Source of the DNA: the human T2T-CHM13v2.0 reference genome, Homo sapiens
Length of the DNA stretch: 64,000 nt
Assembly: GCF_009914755.1 (NCBI RefSeq)
Contig: NC_060940.1
Strand: one strand, 5' to 3'
Below, one piece after another: positions 26,226 through 39,700 of this stretch (its first letter is position 1; the number at the start of each line of letters is the position of its first letter). The notes below the pieces were generated by a model. The model was not told where the DNA came from, ran no database searches, and worked only from the letters and a program-made list of their open reading frames with translations. Made by a program: the position numbers and the translations under genes.

Positions 26226-27922
26226 GAATTCCCAGTAACTTCCTTGTGTTGTGTGCATTCAACTCACAGAGTTGAATGATTCTTTACACAGAGCAGATTT
26301 GAGACACACTTTTGGTGGAATTTGTAAGTGGAGAATTCAGCCGCTTTGAGGTCAACGGTAGAAAAGGAAATATCTTCGTATAAAAACTAGAAAGAATGAT
26401 TCTCAGAAACTGTTTTGTGATGTGTGCGTTCAACTCACAGAGTTTAACCTTTCTTTTCAAAGAGCAGTTAGGAAACACTCTGTTTGTAAAGTCTGCAAGT
26501 GGATATTCAGACCTCTTTGAAGCCTTCGTTGGAAACGGGATTTCATCATATTATGCTAGACAGATGAATTCTCAGTAACTTCCTTGTGTTGTGTGTATTC
26601 AACTCACAGAGTTGAACGATCCTTTACACAGAGCAGATTTGAAACACTGTTTTTCTGGAATTTGCAAGTGGAGATTTCAGCCGCTTTGAGGTCAATGGTA
26701 GAAAAGGAAATATCTTCGTATAAAAACTGGACAGAATGATTCTCAGAAACTCCTTTGTGATGTGTGCGTTCAACTCACAGAGTTTAACCTTTCTTTTCAC
26801 AGAGCAGTTAGGAAACACTCTGTTTGTGAAGCCTGCCAGTGGATATTCGGACCTCTTTGAGGCCTTCGTTGGAAACGGGATTTCTTCATATTTTGCAAGA
26901 CAGAAGATTTCTCAGTAACTTCTTTGTGTTGTGTGTATGCAACTCACAGAGTTCAACCTTCCTTTAGACAGAGCAGATTTGAAACACTCTTTTTGTGGAA
27001 TTTGCAAGTGGAAATTTCAAGCGCATCGGTGCCAATGGTAGAAAAGGAAATATCTTCGTATAAAAACAAGACAAACTCGTTCCCAGACACTGCGTAGTGA
27101 TGTGTGTGTTTAACTCACAGAGTTTAACCTTTCTTTTCATACAGCATTCTGGAAACCCTGTGTTTGTAAAGTCTGCAAGTGGATATTTGGACCTCTTAGA
27201 TGCCTTCGTTGGAAACGGGATTTCTTCATATAATGCTAGAGGGAAGAATTCTTAGTAACTTCTTTGTGTTGTGTGTATTCAACTGACAGAGTTGAACCTT
27301 CCTTTAGACAGAGCAGATTTGAAAGTCTCTTTTTGTGGAATTTGCAAGTGGAGATTTCAAGCGCTTTGAGGCCAAAAGCAGAAAAGGAAATATTTTCCTA
27401 TAAAAACTCGACAGAATCATTCTCAGAAACTGCTCTGTGATGTGTGCGTTCAACTCACAGAGTTTAACTTTTCTTTTCATTCAGCAGTTTGGAAACACTG
27501 TTTGGAAAGTCTGCACGTGGATATTTTGACCTCTTTGAGGCCTTCGTTGGAAACGGGTTTTTTTCATGTAAGGCTAGACAGAAGAAATCTCAGTAACTTC
27601 CTTGTGTTGTGCGTATTCAACTGAGAGAGTTGAACCTTCCTTTAGACAGAGCAGATTCGAAACACTCTTTTTCTGCAATTTGCAAGTGGAGACTTCAAGC
27701 GCTTTGAGGCCAAAGGCAGAAAAGGAAATATCTTCGTATAAAAACCCGACAGAATCATTCTCAGAAACTGCTCTGTGATGTGTGCGTTCAACTCACAGAG
27801 TTTAACTTTTCTTTTCATTCAGCAGTTTGGAAACACTCTGTTTGTAAAGTCTGCAAGTGGATATCTTGGCCTCTTAGAGGCCTTCGTTGGAAACGGGTTT
27901 TTTCATGTAAGGATAGACAGAG
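26226..27922 (+). repeat. Divergent 10-mer HOR (1697 bp, 2-bp deletion)
   Basis: Marker spacing 26284->27981 = 1697. GGAAACACTGTTTGG at ~27491-27505 lacks CT. Private SNVs include GCGCATCGGTGCC and TTTTGCAAGAC. Confidence 0.9.
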
Positions 27923-30900
27923 GAATTCCCAGTAACTTCCTTGTGTTGTGTGCATTCAACTCACAGAGTTGAATGATTCTTTACACAGAGCAGATTTGAG
28001 ACACTCTTTGGGTGGAATTTGTAAGTGGAGAATTCAGCCGCTTTGAGGTCAACGGTAGAAAAGGAAATATCTTCGTATAAAAACTAGACAGAATGATTCT
28101 CAGAAACTGTTTTGTGATGTGTGCGTTCAACTCACAGAGTTTAACCTTTCTTTTCAGAGAGCAGTTAGGAAACACTCTGTTTGTAAAGTCTGCAAGTGGA
28201 TATTCAGACCTCTTTGAGGCCTTCGTTGGAAACGGGATTTCTTCATATTATGCTAGACAGATGAATTCTCAGTAACTTCCTTGTGTTGTGTGTATTCAAG
28301 TCACAGAGTTGAACGATCCTTTACACAGAGCAGATTTGAAACACTGTTTTTCTGGAATTTGCAAGTGGAGATTTCAGCCGCTTTGAGGTCAATGGTAGAA
28401 AAGGAAATATCTTCGTATAAAAACTAGACAGAATGATTCTCAGAAACTCCTTTGTGATGTGTGCGTTCAACTCACAGAGTTTAACCTTTCTTTTCACAGA
28501 GCAGTTAGGAAACACTCTGTTTGTGAAGCCTGCCAGTGGATATTCGGACCTCTTTGAGGCCTTCGTTGGAAACGGGATTTCTTCATATTATGCTAGACAG
28601 AAGATTTCTCAGTAACTACTTTGTGTTGTGTGTATGCAACTCACAGAGTTCAACCTTCCTTTAGACAGAGCAGATTTGAAACACTCTTTTTGTGGAATTT
28701 GCAAGTGGAGATTTCAAGCGCTTCGATGCCAATGGTAGAAAAGGAAATATCTTCGTATAAAAACAAGACAAACTCGTTCCCAGACACTGCGTAGTGATGT
28801 GTGTGTTTAACTCACAGAGTTTCACCTTTCTTTTCATATAGCATTCTGGAAACCCTCTGTTTGTAAAGTCTGCAAGTGGATATTTGGACCTCTTAGATGC
28901 CTTCGTTGGAAACGGGATTTCTTCATATAATGCTAGAGGGAAGAATTCTTAGTAACTTCTTTGTGTTGTGTGTATTCAACTGACAGAGTTGAACCTTCCT
29001 TTAGACAGAGCAGATTTGAAAGTCTCTTTTTGTGGAATTTGCAAGTGGAGATTTCAAGCGCTTTGAGGCCAAAAGCAGAAAAGGAAATATTTTCCTATAA
29101 AAACTCGACAGAATCTTTCTCAGAAACTGCTCTGGGATGTGTGCGTTCAACTCACAGAGTTTAACTTTTCTTTTCATTCAGCAGTTTGGAAACACTCTGT
29201 TTGGAAAGTCTGCACGTGGATATTTTGACCTCTTTGAGGCCTTCGTTGGAAACGGGTTTTTTTCATGTAAGGCTAGACAGAAGAAATCTCAGTAACTTCC
29301 TTGTGTTGTGTGTATTCAACTGACAGAGTTGAACCTTCCTTTAGACAGAGCAGATTCGAAACACTCTTTTTCTGCAATTTGCAAGTGGAGACTTCAAGCG
29401 CTTTGAGGCCAAAGGCAGAAAAGGAAATATCTTCGTATAAAAACCCGACAGAATCATTCTCAGAAACTGCTCTGTGATGTGTGCGTTCAACTCACAGAGT
29501 TTAACTTTTCTTTTCATTCAGCAGTTTGGAAACACTCTGTTTGTAAAGTCTGCAAGTGGATATCTTGGCCTCTTAGAGGCCTTCGTTGGAAACGGGTTTT
29601 TTCATGTAAGGTTAGACAGAGGAATTCCCAGTAACTTCCTTGTGTTGTGTGCATTCAACTCACAGAGTTGAATGATTCTTTACACAGAGCAGATTTGAGA
29701 CACTCTTTTGGTGGAATTTGTAAGTGGAGAATTCAGCCGCTTTGAGGTCAACGGTAGAAAAGGAAATATCTTCGTATAAAAACTAGACAGAATGATTCTC
29801 AGAAACTGTTTTGTGATGTGTGCGTTCAACTCACAGAGTTTAACCTTTCTTTTCAAAGAGCAGTTAGGAAACACTCTGTTTGTAAAGTCTGCAAGTGGAT
29901 ATTCAGACCTCTTTGAGGCCTTCGTTGGAAACGGGATTTCTTCATATTATGCTAGACAGATGAATTCTCAGTAACTTCCTTGTGTTGTGTGTATTCAACT
30001 CACAGAGTTGAACGATCCTTTACACAGAGCAGATTTGAAACACTGTTTTTCTGGAATTTGCAAGTGGAGATTTCAGCCGCTTTGAGGTCAATGGTAGAAA
30101 AGGAAATATCTTCGTATAAAAACTAGACAGAATGATTCTCAGAAACTCCTTTGTGATGTGTGCGTTCAACTCACAGAGTTTAACCTTTCTTTTCACAGAG
30201 CAGTTAGGAAACACTCTGTTTGTGAAGCCTGCCAGTGGATATTCGGACCTCTTTGAGGCCTTCGTTGGAAACGGGATTTCTTCATATTATGCTAGACAGA
30301 AGATTTCTCAGTAACTTCTTTGTGTTGTGTGTATGCAACTCACAGAGTTCAACCTTCCTTTAGACAGAGCAGATTTGAAACACTCTTTTTGTGGAATTTG
30401 CAAGTGGAGATTTCAAGCGCTTCGATGCCAATGGTAGAAAAGGAAATATCTTCGTATAAAAACAAGACAAACTCGTTCCCAGACACTGCGTAGTGATGTG
30501 TGTGTTTAACTCACAGAGTTTCACCTTTCTTTTCATACAGCATTCTGGAAACCCTGTGTTTGTAAAGTCTGCAAGTGGATATTTGGACCTCTTAGATGCC
30601 TTCGTTGGAAACGGGATTTCTTCATATAATGCTAGAGGGAAGAATTCTTAGTAACTTCTTTGTGTTGTGTGTATTCAACTGACAGAGTTGAACCTTCCTT
30701 TAGACAGAGCAGATTTGAAAGTCTCTTTTTGTGGAATTTGCAAGTGGAGATTTCAAGCGCTTTGAGGCCAAAAGCAGAAAAGGAAATATTTTCCTATAAA
30801 AACTCGACAGAATCTTTCTCAGAAACTGCTCTGGGATGTGTGCGTTCAACTCACAGAGTTTAACTTTTCTTTTCATTCAGCAGTTTGGAAACACTCTGTT

Positions 30901-33900
30901 TGGAAAGTCTGCACGTGGATATTTTGACCTCTTTGAGGCCTTCGTTGGAAACGGGTTTTTTTCATGTAAGGCTAGACAGAAGAAATCTCAGTAACTTCCT
31001 TGTGTTGTGTGTATTCAACTGACAGAGTTGAACCTTCCTTTAGACAGAGCAGATTCGAAACACTCTTTTTCTGCAATTTGCAAGTGGAGACTTCAAGCGC
31101 TTTGAGGCCAAAGGCAGAAAAGGAAATATCTTCGTATAAAAACCCGACAGAATCATTCTCAGAAACTGCTCTGTGATGTGTGCGTTCAACTCACAGAGTT
31201 TAACTTTTCTTTTCATTCAGCAGTTTGGAAACACTCTGTTTGTAAAGTCTGCAAGTGGATATCTTGGCCTCTTAGAGGCCTTCGTTGGAAACGGGTTTTT
31301 TCATGTAAGGTTAGACAGAGGAATTCCCAGTAACTTCCTTGTGTTGTGTGCATTCAACTCACAGAGTTGAATGATTCTTTACACAGAGCAGATTTGAGAC
31401 ACTCTTTTGGTGGAATTTGTAAGTGGAGAATTCAGCTGCTTTGAGGTCAACGGTAGAAAAGGAAATATCTTCGTATAAAAACTAGACAGAATGATTCTCA
31501 GAAACTGTTTTGTGATGTGTGCGTTCAACTCACAGAGTTTAACCTTTCTTTTCAAAGAGCAGTTAGGAAACACTCTGTTTGTAAAGTCTGCAAGTGGATA
31601 TTCAGACCTCTTTGAGGCCTTCGTTGGAAACGGGATTTCTTCATATTATGCTAGACAGATGAATTCTCAGTAACTTCCTTGTGTTGTGTGTATTCAACTC
31701 ACAGAGTTGAACGATCCTTTACACAGAGCAGATTTGAAACACTGTTTTTCTGGAATTTGCAAGTGGAGATTTCAGCCGCTTTGAGGTCAATGGTAGAAAA
31801 GGAAATATCTTCGTATAAAAACTAGACAGAATGATTCTCAGAAACTCCTTTGTGATGTGTGCGTTCAACTCACAGAGTTTAACCTTTCTTTTCACAGAGC
31901 AGTTAGGAAACACTCTGTTTGTGAAGCCTGCCAGTGGATATTCGGACCTCTTTGAGGCCTTCGTTGGAAACGGGATTTCTTCATATTATGCTAGACAAAA
32001 GATTTCTCAGTAACTTCTTTGTGTTGTGTATATGCAACTCACAGAGTTCAACCTTCCTTTAGACAGAGCAGATTTGAAACACTCTTTTTGTGGAATTTGC
32101 AAGTGGAGATTTCAAGCGCTTCGATGCCAATGGTAGAAAAGGAAATATCTTCGTATAAAAACAAGACAAACTCGTTCCCAGACACTGCGTAGTGATGTGT
32201 GTGTTTAACTCACAGAGTTTAACCTTTCTTTTCATACAGCATTCTGGAAACCCTCTGTTTGTAAAGTCTGCAAGTGGATATTTGGACCTCTTAGATGCCT
32301 TCGTTGGAAACGGGATTTCTTCATATAATGCTAGAGGGAAGAATTCTTAGTAACTTCTTTGTGTTGTGTGTATTCAACTGACAGAGTTGAACCTTCCTTT
32401 AGACAGAGCAGATTTGAAAGTCTCTTTTTGTGGAATTTGCAAGTGGAGATTTCAAGCGCTTTGAGGCCAAAAGCAGAAAAGGAAATATTTTCCTATAAAA
32501 ACTCGACAGAATCTTTCTCAGAAACTGCTCTGGGATGTGTGCGTTCAACTCACAGAGTTTAACTTTTCTTTTCATTCAGCAGTTTGGAAACACTCTGTTT
32601 GGAAAGTCTGCACGTGGATATTTTGACCTCTTTGAGGCCTTCGTTGGAAACGGGTTTTTTTCATGTAAGGCTAGACAGAAGAAATCTCAGTAACTTCCTT
32701 GTGTTGTGTGTATTCAACTGACAGAGTTGAACCTTCCTTTAGACAGAGCAGATTCGAAACACTCTTTTTCTGCAATTTGCAAGTGGAGACTTCAAGCGCT
32801 TTGAGGCCAAAGGCAGAAAAGGAAATATCTTCGTATAAAAACCCGACAGAATCATTCTCAGAAACTGCTCTGTGATGTGTGCGTTCAACTCACAGAGTTT
32901 AACTTTTCTTTTCATTCAGCAGTTTGGAAACACTCTGTTTGTAAAGTCTGCAAGTGGATATCTTGGCCTCTTAGAGGCCTTCGTTGGAAACGGGTTTTTT
33001 CATTTAAGGTTAGACAGAGGAATTCCCAGTAACTTCCTTGTGTTGTGTGCATTCAACTCACAGAGTTGAATGATTCTTTACACAGAGCAGATTTGAGACA
33101 CTCTTTTGGTGGAATTTGTAAGTGGAGAATTCAGCCGCTTTGAGGTCAACGGTAGAAAAGGAAATATCTTCGTATAAAAACTAGACAGAATGATTCTCAG
33201 AAACTGTTTTGTGATGTGTGCGTTCAACTCACAGAGTTTAACCTTTCTTTTCAAAGAGCAGTTAGGAAACACTCTGTTTGTAAAGTCTGCAAGTGGATAT
33301 TCAGACCTCTTTGAGGCCTTCGTTGGAAACGGGATTTCTTCATATTATGCTAGACAGATGAATTCTCAGTAACTTCCTTGTGTTGTGTGTATTCAACTCA
33401 CAGAGTTGAACGATCCTTTACACAGAGCAGATTTGAAACACTGTTTTTCTGGAATTTGCAAGTGGAGATTTCAGCCGCTTTGAGGTCAATGGTAGAAAAG
33501 GAAATATCTTCGTATAAAAACTAGACAGAATGATTCTCAGAAACTCCTTTGTGATGTGTGCGTTCAACTCACAGAGTTTAACCTTTCTTTTCACAGAGCA
33601 GTTAGGAAACACTCTGTTTGTGAAGCCTGCCAGTGGATATTCGGACCTCTTTGAGGCCTTCGTTGGAAACGGGATTTCTTCATATTATGCTAGACAGAAG
33701 ATTTCTCAGTAACTTCTTTGTGTTGTGTGTATGCAACTCACAGAGTTCAACCTTGCTTTAGACAGAGCAGATTTGAAACACTCTTTTTGTGGAATTTGCA
33801 AGTGGAGATTTCAAGCGCTTCGATGCCAATGGTAGAAAAGGAAATATCTTCGTATAAAAACAAGACAAACTCGTTCCCAGACACTGCGTAGTGATGTGTG

Positions 33901-34718
33901 TGTTTAACTCACAGAGTTTCACCTTTCTTTTCATACAGCATTCTGGAAACCCTGTGTTTGTAAAGTCTGCAAGTGGATATTTGGACCTCTTAGATGCCTT
34001 CGTTGGAAACGGGATTTCTTCATATAATGCTAGAGGGAAGAATTCTTAGTAACTTCTTTGTGTTGTGTGTATTCAACTGACAGAGTTGAACCTTCCTTTA
34101 GACAGAGCAGATTTGAAAGTCTCTTTTTGTGGAATTTGCAAGTGGAGATTTCAAGCGCTTTGAGGCCGAAAGCAGAAAAGGAAATATTTTCCTATAAAAA
34201 CTCGACAGAATCTTTCTCAGAAACTGCTCTGGGATGTGTGCGTTCAACTCACAGAGTTTAACTTTTCTTTTCATTCAGCAGTTTGGAAACACTCTGTTTG
34301 GAAAGTCTGCACGTGGATATTTTGACCTCTTTGAGGCCTTCGTTGGAAACGGGTTTTTTTCATGTAAGGCTAGACAGAAGAAATCTCAGTAACTTCCTTG
34401 TGTTGTGTGTATTCAACTGACAGAGTTGAACCTTCCTTTAGACAGAGCAGATTCGAAACACTCTTTTTCTGCAATTTGCAAGTGGAGACTTCAAGCGCTT
34501 TGAGGCCAAAGGCAGAAAAGGAAATATCTTCGTATAAAAACCCGACAGAATCATTCTCAGAAACTGCTCTGTGATGTGTGCGTTCAACTCACAGAGTTTA
34601 ACTTTTCTTTTCATTCAGCAGTTTGGAAACACTCTGTTTGTAAAGTCTGCAAGTGGATATCTTGGCCTCTTAGAGGCCTTCGTTGGAAACGGGTTTTTTC
34701 ATGTAAGGTTAGACAGAG

Positions 34719-36755
34719 GAATTCCCAGTAACTTCCTTGTGTTGTGTGCATTCAACTCACAGAGTTGAATGATTCTTTACACAGAGCAGATTTGAGACAC
34801 TCTTTTGGTGGAATTTGTAAGTGGAGAATTCAGCCGCTTTGAGGTCAACGGTAGAAAAGGAAATATCTTCGTATAAAAACTAGACAGAATGATTCTCAGA
34901 AACTGTTTTGTGATGTGTGCGTTCAACTCACAGAGTTTAACCTTTCTTTTCAAAGAGCAGTTAGGAAACACTCTGTTTGTAAAGTCTGCAAGTGGATATT
35001 CAGACCTCTTTGAGGCCTTCGTTGGAAACGGGATTTCTTCATATTATGCTAGACAGATGAATTCTCAGTAACTTCCTTGTGTTGTGTGTATTCAAGTCAC
35101 AGAGTTGAACGATCCTTTACACAGAGCAGATTTGAAACACTGTTTTTCTGGAATTTGCAAGTGGAGATTTCAGCCGCTTTGAGGTCAATGGTAGAAAAGG
35201 AAATATCTTCGTATAAAAACTAGACAGAATGATTCTCAGAAACTCCTTTGTGATGTGTGCGTTCAACTCACAGAGTTTAACCTTTCTTTTCACAGAGCAG
35301 TTAGGAAACACTCTGTTTGTGAAGCCTGCCAGTGGATATTCGGACCTCTTTGAGGCCTTCGTTGGAAACGGGATTTCATCATATTATGCTAGACAGATGA
35401 ATTCTCAGTAACTTCCTTGTGTTGTGTGTATTCAACTCACAGAGTTGAACGATCCTTTACACAGAGCAGATTTGAAACACTGTTTTTCTGGAATTTGCAA
35501 GTGGAGATTTCAGCCGCTTTGAGGTCAATGGTAGAAAAGGAAATATCTTCGTATAAAAACTGGACAGAATGATTCTCAGAAACTCCTTTGTGATGTGTGC
35601 GTTCAACTCACAGAGTTTAACCTTTCTTTTCACAGAGCAGTTAGGAAACACTCTGTTTGTGAAGCCTGCCAGTGGATATTCGGACCTCTTTGAGGCCTTC
35701 GTTGGAAACGGGATTTCTTCATATTTTGCAAGACAGAAGATTTCTCAGTAACTTCTTTGTGTTGTGTGTATGCAACTCACAGAGTTCAACCTTCCTTTAG
35801 ACAGAGCAGATTTGAAACACTCTTTTTGTGGAATTTGCAAGTGGAAATTTCAAGCGCATCGGTGCCAATGGTAGAAAAGGAAATATCTTCGTATAAAAAC
35901 AAGACAAACTCGTTCCCAGACACTGCGTAGTGATGTGTGTGTTTAACTCACAGAGTTTAACCTTTCTTTTCATACAGCATTCTGGAAACCCTGTGTTTGT
36001 AAAGTCTGCAAGTGGATATTTGGACCTCTTAGATGCCTTCGTTGGAAACGGGATTTCTTCATATAATGCTAGAGGGAAGAATTCTTAGTAACTTCTTTGT
36101 GTTGTGTGTATTCAACTGACAGAGTTGAACCTTCCTTTAGACAGAGCAGATTTGAAAGTCTCTTTTTGTGGAATTTGCAAGTGGAGATTTCAAGCGCTTT
36201 GAGGCCAAAAGCAGAAAAGGAAATATTTTCCTATAAAAACTCGACAGAATCATTCTCAGAAACTGCTCTGTGATGTGTGCGTTCAACTCACAGAGTTTAA
36301 CTTTTCTTTTCATTCAGCAGTTTGGAAACACTGTTTGGAAAGTCTGCACGTGGATATTTTGACCTCTTTGAGGCCTTCGTTGGAAACGGGTTTTTTTCAT
36401 GTAAGGCTAGACAGAAGAAATCTCAGTAACTTCCTTGTGTTGTGCGTATTCAACTGACAGAGTTGAACCTTCCTTTAGACAGAGCAGATTCGAAACACTC
36501 TTTTTCTGCAATTTGCAAGTGGAGACTTCAAGCGCTTTGAGGCCAAAGGCAGAAAAGGAAATATCTTCGTATAAAAACCCGACAGAATCATTCTCAGAAA
36601 CTGCTCTGTGATGTGTGCGTTCAACTCACAGAGTTTAACTTTTCTTTTCATTCAGCAGTTTGGAAACACTCTGTTTGTAAAGTCTGCAAGTGGATATCTT
36701 GGCCTCTTAGAGGCCTTCGTTGGAAACGGGTTTTTTCATGTAAGGATAGACAGAG
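34719..36755 (+). repeat. Variant HOR, 12-mer (2037 bp), A-B-B-C-D-E, spanning the junction of an 8.8-kb tandem duplication
   Basis: Marker spacing 34777->36814 = 2037 = 1699+340-2. B-type ORFs occur at both 35117 and 35457. Confidence 0.93.
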
Positions 36756-39700
36756 GAATTCCCAGTAACTTCCTTGTGTTGTGTGCATTCAACTCACAGA
36801 GTTGAATGATTCTTTACACAGAGCAGATTTGAGACACTCTTTGGGTGGAATTTGTAAGTGGAGAATTCAGCCGCTTTGAGGTCAACGGTAGAAAAGGAAA
36901 TATCTTCGTATAAAAACTAGACAGAATGATTCTCAGAAACTGTTTTGTGATGTGTGCGTTCAACTCACAGAGTTTAACCTTTCTTTTCAGAGAGCAGTTA
37001 GGAAACACTCTGTTTGTAAAGTCTGCAAGTGGATATTCAGACCTCTTTGAGGCCTTCGTTGGAAACGGGATTTCTTCATATTATGCTAGACAGATGAATT
37101 CTCAGTAACTTCCTTGTGTTGTGTGTATTCAAGTCACAGAGTTGAACGATCCTTTACACAGAGCAGATTTGAAACACTGTTTTTCTGGAATTTGCAAGTG
37201 GAGATTTCAGCCGCTTTGAGGTCAATGGTAGAAAAGGAAATATCTTCGTATAAAAACTAGACAGAATGATTCTCAGAAACTCCTTTGTGATGTGTGCGTT
37301 CAACTCACAGAGTTTAACCTTTCTTTTCACAGAGCAGTTAGGAAACACTCTGTTTGTGAAGCCTGCCAGTGGATATTCGGACCTCTTTGAGGCCTTCGTT
37401 GGAAACGGGATTTCTTCATATTATGCTAGACAGAAGATTTCTCAGTAACTACTTTGTGTTGTGTGTATGCAACTCACAGAGTTCAACCTTCCTTTAGACA
37501 GAGCAGATTTGAAACACTCTTTTTGTGGAATTTGCAAGTGGAGATTTCAAGCGCTTCGATGCCAATGGTAGAAAAGGAAATATCTTCGTATAAAAACAAG
37601 ACAAACTCGTTCCCAGACACTGCGTAGTGATGTGTGTGTTTAACTCACAGAGTTTCACCTTTCTTTTCATATAGCATTCTGGAAACCCTCTGTTTGTAAA
37701 GTCTGCAAGTGGATATTTGGACCTCTTAGATGCCTTCGTTGGAAACGGGATTTCTTCATATAATGCTAGAGGGAAGAATTCTTAGTAACTTCTTTGTGTT
37801 GTGTGTATTCAACTGACAGAGTTGAACCTTCCTTTAGACAGAGCAGATTTGAAAGTCTCTTTTTGTGGAATTTGCAAGTGGAGATTTCAAGCGCTTTGAG
37901 GCCAAAAGCAGAAAAGGAAATATTTTCCTATAAAAACTCGACAGAATCTTTCTCAGAAACTGCTCTGGGATGTGTGCGTTCAACTCACAGAGTTTAACTT
38001 TTCTTTTCATTCAGCAGTTTGGAAACACTCTGTTTGGAAAGTCTGCACGTGGATATTTTGACCTCTTTGAGGCCTTCGTTGGAAACGGGTTTTTTTCATG
38101 TAAGGCTAGACAGAAGAAATCTCAGTAACTTCCTTGTGTTGTGTGTATTCAACTGACAGAGTTGAACCTTCCTTTAGACAGAGCAGATTCGAAACACTCT
38201 TTTTCTGCAATTTGCAAGTGGAGACTTCAAGCGCTTTGAGGCCAAAGGCAGAAAAGGAAATATCTTCGTATAAAAACCCGACAGAATCATTCTCAGAAAC
38301 TGCTCTGTGATGTGTGCGTTCAACTCACAGAGTTTAACTTTTCTTTTCATTCAGCAGTTTGGAAACACTCTGTTTGTAAAGTCTGCAAGTGGATATCTTG
38401 GCCTCTTAGAGGCCTTCGTTGGAAACGGGTTTTTTCATGTAAGGTTAGACAGAGGAATTCCCAGTAACTTCCTTGTGTTGTGTGCATTCAACTCACAGAG
38501 TTGAATGATTCTTTACACAGAGCAGATTTGAGACACTCTTTTGGTGGAATTTGTAAGTGGAGAATTCAGCCGCTTTGAGGTCAACGGTAGAAAAGGAAAT
38601 ATCTTCGTATAAAAACTAGACAGAATGATTCTCAGAAACTGTTTTGTGATGTGTGCGTTCAACTCACAGAGTTTAACCTTTCTTTTCAAAGAGCAGTTAG
38701 GAAACACTCTGTTTGTAAAGTCTGCAAGTGGATATTCAGACCTCTTTGAGGCCTTCGTTGGAAACGGGATTTCTTCATATTATGCTAGACAGATGAATTC
38801 TCAGTAACTTCCTTGTGTTGTGTGTATTCAACTCACAGAGTTGAACGATCCTTTACACAGAGCAGATTTGAAACACTGTTTTTCTGGAATTTGCAAGTGG
38901 AGATTTCAGCCGCTTTGAGGTCAATGGTAGAAAAGGAAATATCTTCGTATAAAAACTAGACAGAATGATTCTCAGAAACTCCTTTGTGATGTGTGCGTTC
39001 AACTCACAGAGTTTAACCTTTCTTTTCACAGAGCAGTTAGGAAACACTCTGTTTGTGAAGCCTGCCAGTGGATATTCGGACCTCTTTGAGGCCTTCGTTG
39101 GAAACGGGATTTCTTCATATTATGCTAGACAGAAGATTTCTCAGTAACTTCTTTGTGTTGTGTGTATGCAACTCACAGAGTTCAACCTTCCTTTAGACAG
39201 AGCAGATTTGAAACACTCTTTTTGTGGAATTTGCAAGTGGAGATTTCAAGCGCTTCGATGCCAATGGTAGAAAAGGAAATATCTTCGTATAAAAACAAGA
39301 CAAACTCGTTCCCAGACACTGCGTAGTGATGTGTGTGTTTAACTCACAGAGTTTCACCTTTCTTTTCATACAGCATTCTGGAAACCCTGTGTTTGTAAAG
39401 TCTGCAAGTGGATATTTGGACCTCTTAGATGCCTTCGTTGGAAACGGGATTTCTTCATATAATGCTAGAGGGAAGAATTCTTAGTAACTTCTTTGTGTTG
39501 TGTGTATTCAACTGACAGAGTTGAACCTTCCTTTAGACAGAGCAGATTTGAAAGTCTCTTTTTGTGGAATTTGCAAGTGGAGATTTCAAGCGCTTTGAGG
39601 CCAAAAGCAGAAAAGGAAATATTTTCCTATAAAAACTCGACAGAATCTTTCTCAGAAACTGCTCTGGGATGTGTGCGTTCAACTCACAGAGTTTAACTTT

